Origin: Schizochytrium sp. TIO01
Lineage: Eukaryota > Protista > Bigyra: Labyrinthulomycetes
Assembly: GCA_004764695.1 (NCBI GenBank)
Contig: SMSO01000031.1
Span: 6,988,761-7,052,760, forward strand
Direction: 5' to 3'
DNA: 64,000 bases
Shown here: positions 61,212 through 64,000 of the stretch, piece by piece
How the letters are laid out: each line of letters opens with the position of its first letter
Numbering within the stretch: position 1 is the first letter of the stretch
Made by a program: the position numbers and the translations under genes
The notes under the pieces: model-generated
Seen by the model: the letters and a program-made list of their open reading frames with translations, nothing else
Databases searched by the model: none
Told to the model about the DNA's origin: nothing

Positions 61212-62323
61212 ATGGCAGACGAACTTTTCAACGTGCGCGGCAAAGTAAGTGAAACAAAAGGCAGCTGGGTATGAATCAATAGCATCGTTCTATCCTCTGA
61301 CTCCCCACCTGAGGCACCCTGGACCATCTAGGTTGACTACTACTCGTTCACGAGTTCGAAGAGACCAAGCTGGTGATCAAAAGGGGAATAAACTTGAACA
61401 ATATAGCCAAGGCAACAGGAGGCTCAAGAGACAGGAAATCGTGGTGATGATGATTTGAGCATGACCATGTGAAGAAAGCTGACGTAAATTTGTTTGGATA
61501 TTCAACTCCTCGGACCTTTGCTTGAATTTAGGTTGCCGTGCTCACAGGCTCTTCGGGTGCACTCGGTAGCGCTATGGCGAAAGGTCTTGCAGCTCGAGGT
61601 GCTCATGTAGTTATTACGGGTCGTCACCAGGACCAGTGCGATGAGGTAGTCAACTCGATCGAGAAGGAGGGTGGATCTGCGATTGCTGTGGTAGCAGATG
61701 TCTTACAAGAGGCAGACCTGGAACGTCTCCGTGATACAGTGTTGGAGAAATGGGGTAAGATTGACATTTTGGTCAACGCCGCTGGAGGTAACAAAAAGGA
61801 GGCGGTCGTGGGTCCAGATGACTCTTTCTTTAATGTGCCCATCGATGCCGTGCGCGGTGTAATGGACCTCAACTTTTCCGGCACGGTCCTCCCATGCATC
61901 ATTTTGGGCAAGGTTATGGCAGAGGCTCCCGACGGTGGTGTCATTATCAACATCTCGTCCATGGCTGCCGAGAAGGCGACCTTAACCCGTGTCATGGGCT
62001 ACTCTGCATCCAAGGCAGCTGTTACAAACTTCACTCGTTGGTTGTCCGTAGAACTCGCTAAAAAGTACGGTGAGAAGGTCCGTGTCAACGCTATTTCTCC
62101 AGGATTCTTCATTGGTGAGCAAAACCGTGCCCTACTTACCAACGAGGATGGTTCATTGACTTCACGTGGTCAGACCATTATTGATGGCACTCCTATGGCT
62201 CGCTTTGGTGAAGCAAAAGAGCTCATTGGACCTTTAATCTGGTTGTGTTCAGACGCATCAAAGTTTATTACTGGTGCGGTCATTCCGGTAGATGGTGGCT
62301 TCAGTGTATTTTCTGGAGTATAA
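61212..62323 (+). CDS. Short-chain dehydrogenase, bacterial D-mannonate oxidoreductase (UxuB-like) type; 2 exons (61212-61244, 61532-62323)
   Basis: Exon 1 MADELFNVRGK|GTAAGT...TTTAG|VAVLTGSSGALG. NAAGGN, catalytic YSASK in LTRVMGYSASKAA, VRVNAISPGFFIGEQNRALLTNEDGSLT, PVDGGFSVFSGV. Confidence 0.9.
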
Positions 62324-62901
62324 AGCTTTATGTTTTCTGGTACTAAAGCAACATGTGCTAGCTACTACCCTTGAGATGCTGCTGCCTTAAGAGTCCCAAG
62401 CATTTGTTTGCGTCTTAGCTTCTATCAAGTACGCCTTTGTATCTTGCTTCTTACTCTATATCAAGACCTTGTGATGGAAAACCCAACAGATCAACAAGCT
62501 GATAAGAGATCAAATTACATTTAACAATAACAACAACTTTCTCTGGTTTAAGGTTCAGATATAACAAGAAAATATTCGGTTCCTCTTAATGGTTATCTGC
62601 TTTAGTCACAGCAAAGTATACTTAGAAGATAGATACATGGTGAAATACGCGCGATGAAGTTAATCATTTAAAAAGGTTGAGTTAGAAAACGAGAGGAGAC
62701 TCTTTTTTTCTTGACCTCGAGAACAACTCTGGTTAGAAACAGCTACAAATGGAATTATCGTGTAATGGAGATACTAGCCAAGATTCAAAGTGAAATTGTA
62801 ACAAGAATTCTGAATTCTATATTTCATTCACAGTCACAGTCAAAGTCTACCCGCCTTTACAGGAGGTAGCCAAAAGGGAGTTTTGCACATGCCAATTGAG
62901 C

Positions 62902-63906
62902 TTACGGAGCCGGGGCGTTCATAAGCAAGGCGGGTTCCTCCCCAGTGGGAGCAGGGCGGCGATCAATGGCCTCCCGAAGCTGAGCAGCCATTGCCATGGA
63001 AATCTCGTCCAGGTCAGTGAAATGATCCCCCGTCTTCGTAAACTTAGAAAGGCAGCTACGTGTGCCCTCAACAATCTCAGTGTCCAGGCGCTCACGCACG
63101 TGAGCATCAGTATACATGGACAACAAAAGTTTAAGAGAATTCTCGCGGATATCGATGTCCTTTGACATCATACTTTTGTTCAACGTCTCAACCAGCTGAC
63201 CGCCGAGAGCAATCCGCACAGCAGGGACAGTTGTTAGGATGTAGTGCATGAGAAAAAGTGCCTTGCGTTGTGTGCGAATCCCATATACGGAGGTCTCCTC
63301 CTTGATAATATCGAGCAGCACCGCCACGCCCTTCTCATCCTTGATGAAAGCGACGGTCGCGGGTGTGTGCTCACGAATGAAGGTAGAAACGGCGAAGATC
63401 GCTTTGGCATGCTCGGAGGCGGAGATGTTGCGGTCTTTGAGCTTGCTCATAAGAGTTGGTAAGACCTTGAGCTCCATACCAGCATCTTGCACAGGCGGAT
63501 TGTTTTGGGAGCAGGCGCCGAAGACCTCCATAGCGGCAATACGTATATCTTGGTGTTGGTCAGAAATTAAATCTGCAACGATTTTATAACCTCCCATCTT
63601 GACAAAGTCTCGAGCCCAGTCAATCTGCTCAACGTAGCCCATAACAGCCTCCATTGCCTCGCATTTACGCTCTGCAAACTCATCCTCCTCGGCTTCCGAC
63701 GAGTTCTCCTTGCGAGGAGTTCCCAGAATCTCGATGAGGATCTTGAAAGATTCCATGGGGTCCACCACCTGGCTTTCAAGGGCTTTCTTCAAGAATTCAC
63801 GACGCTCAGGATCCATTTGCTGCAACTCGGACGCGTGCGTACCATCTTGGTACTGCAGAGACCATTGCAAGAGTCCTGTCCACTGCTGCAAATTTGCCGA
63901 AGACAT
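62902..63906 (-). CDS. HSPBP1: Hsp70 nucleotide-exchange factor Fes1/HspBP1 (armadillo-like)
   Basis: WTGLLQWSL..QDGT, MDPERREFLKKAL, VEQIDWARDFVKMGG, SQNNPPVQ, KAIFAVSTFIR. Confidence 0.9.
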   Translation of the reverse strand: MSSANLQQWTGLLQWSLQYQDGTHASELQQMDPERREFLKKALESQVVDPMESFKILIEILGTPRKENSSEAEEDEFAERKCEAMEAVMGYVEQIDWARDFVKMGGYKIVADLISDQHQDIRIAAMEVFGACSQNNPPVQDAGMELKVLPTLMSKLKDRNISASEHAKAIFAVSTFIREHTPATVAFIKDEKGVAVLLDIIKEETSVYGIRTQRKALFLMHYILTTVPAVRIALGGQLVETLNKSMMSKDIDIRENSLKLLLSMYTDAHVRERLDTEIVEGTRSCLSKFTKTGDHFTDLDEISMAMAAQLREAIDRRPAPTGEEPALLMNAPAP

Positions 63907-64000
63907 TTTCTTCTACCTCGCCCAAGCGACGCAAGGACTTTCTCTCGGCTTCTGCCGTCTCGCTTCGTTTACCACAACAAGGATCTGTGTGGACGACGAC

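Overview
Eukaryotic nuclear DNA, most consistent with a labyrinthulomycete/thraustochytrid-type stramenopile. This is inferred from the intron-poor genes, GTAAGT...AG introns, GC-richer CDS in AT-rich microsatellite-laden spacers and the gene content; it is not proven. About 13 protein-coding genes are supported: SPRY-META fusion; NELF-B/COBRA1 with an internally inserted bromodomain; acylated 3x cNMP-RGS protein; myristoyl/Zn-finger 4-repeat Myb; TTC33-like TPR; 3-exon adenylate kinase; glucosidase II alpha; a large HET/TIR-like-TPR-receiver protein; RING plus a duplicated unknown domain; PP2A catalytic subunit; Sfi1-like protein; a 2-exon bacterial-type D-mannonate oxidoreductase SDR; and HspBP1/Fes1. 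Three genes (HET-TPR-REC, PP2A, Sfi1) are each split by a single +1 frameshift. These are most likely assembly insertions, although two sit on AAA-TAA and TTT-TAA sites. Two ~10-11 kb ORF-free regions lie between divergent gene pairs. They carry microsatellites, a ~550-bp repeat pair with (CAAA)n tails, a hairpin cluster and TAGGT-ACCTA dyads. No tRNA, rRNA, CRISPR or intact transposase/RT was recognised. All family calls come from motif recognition by eye, not from database searches.
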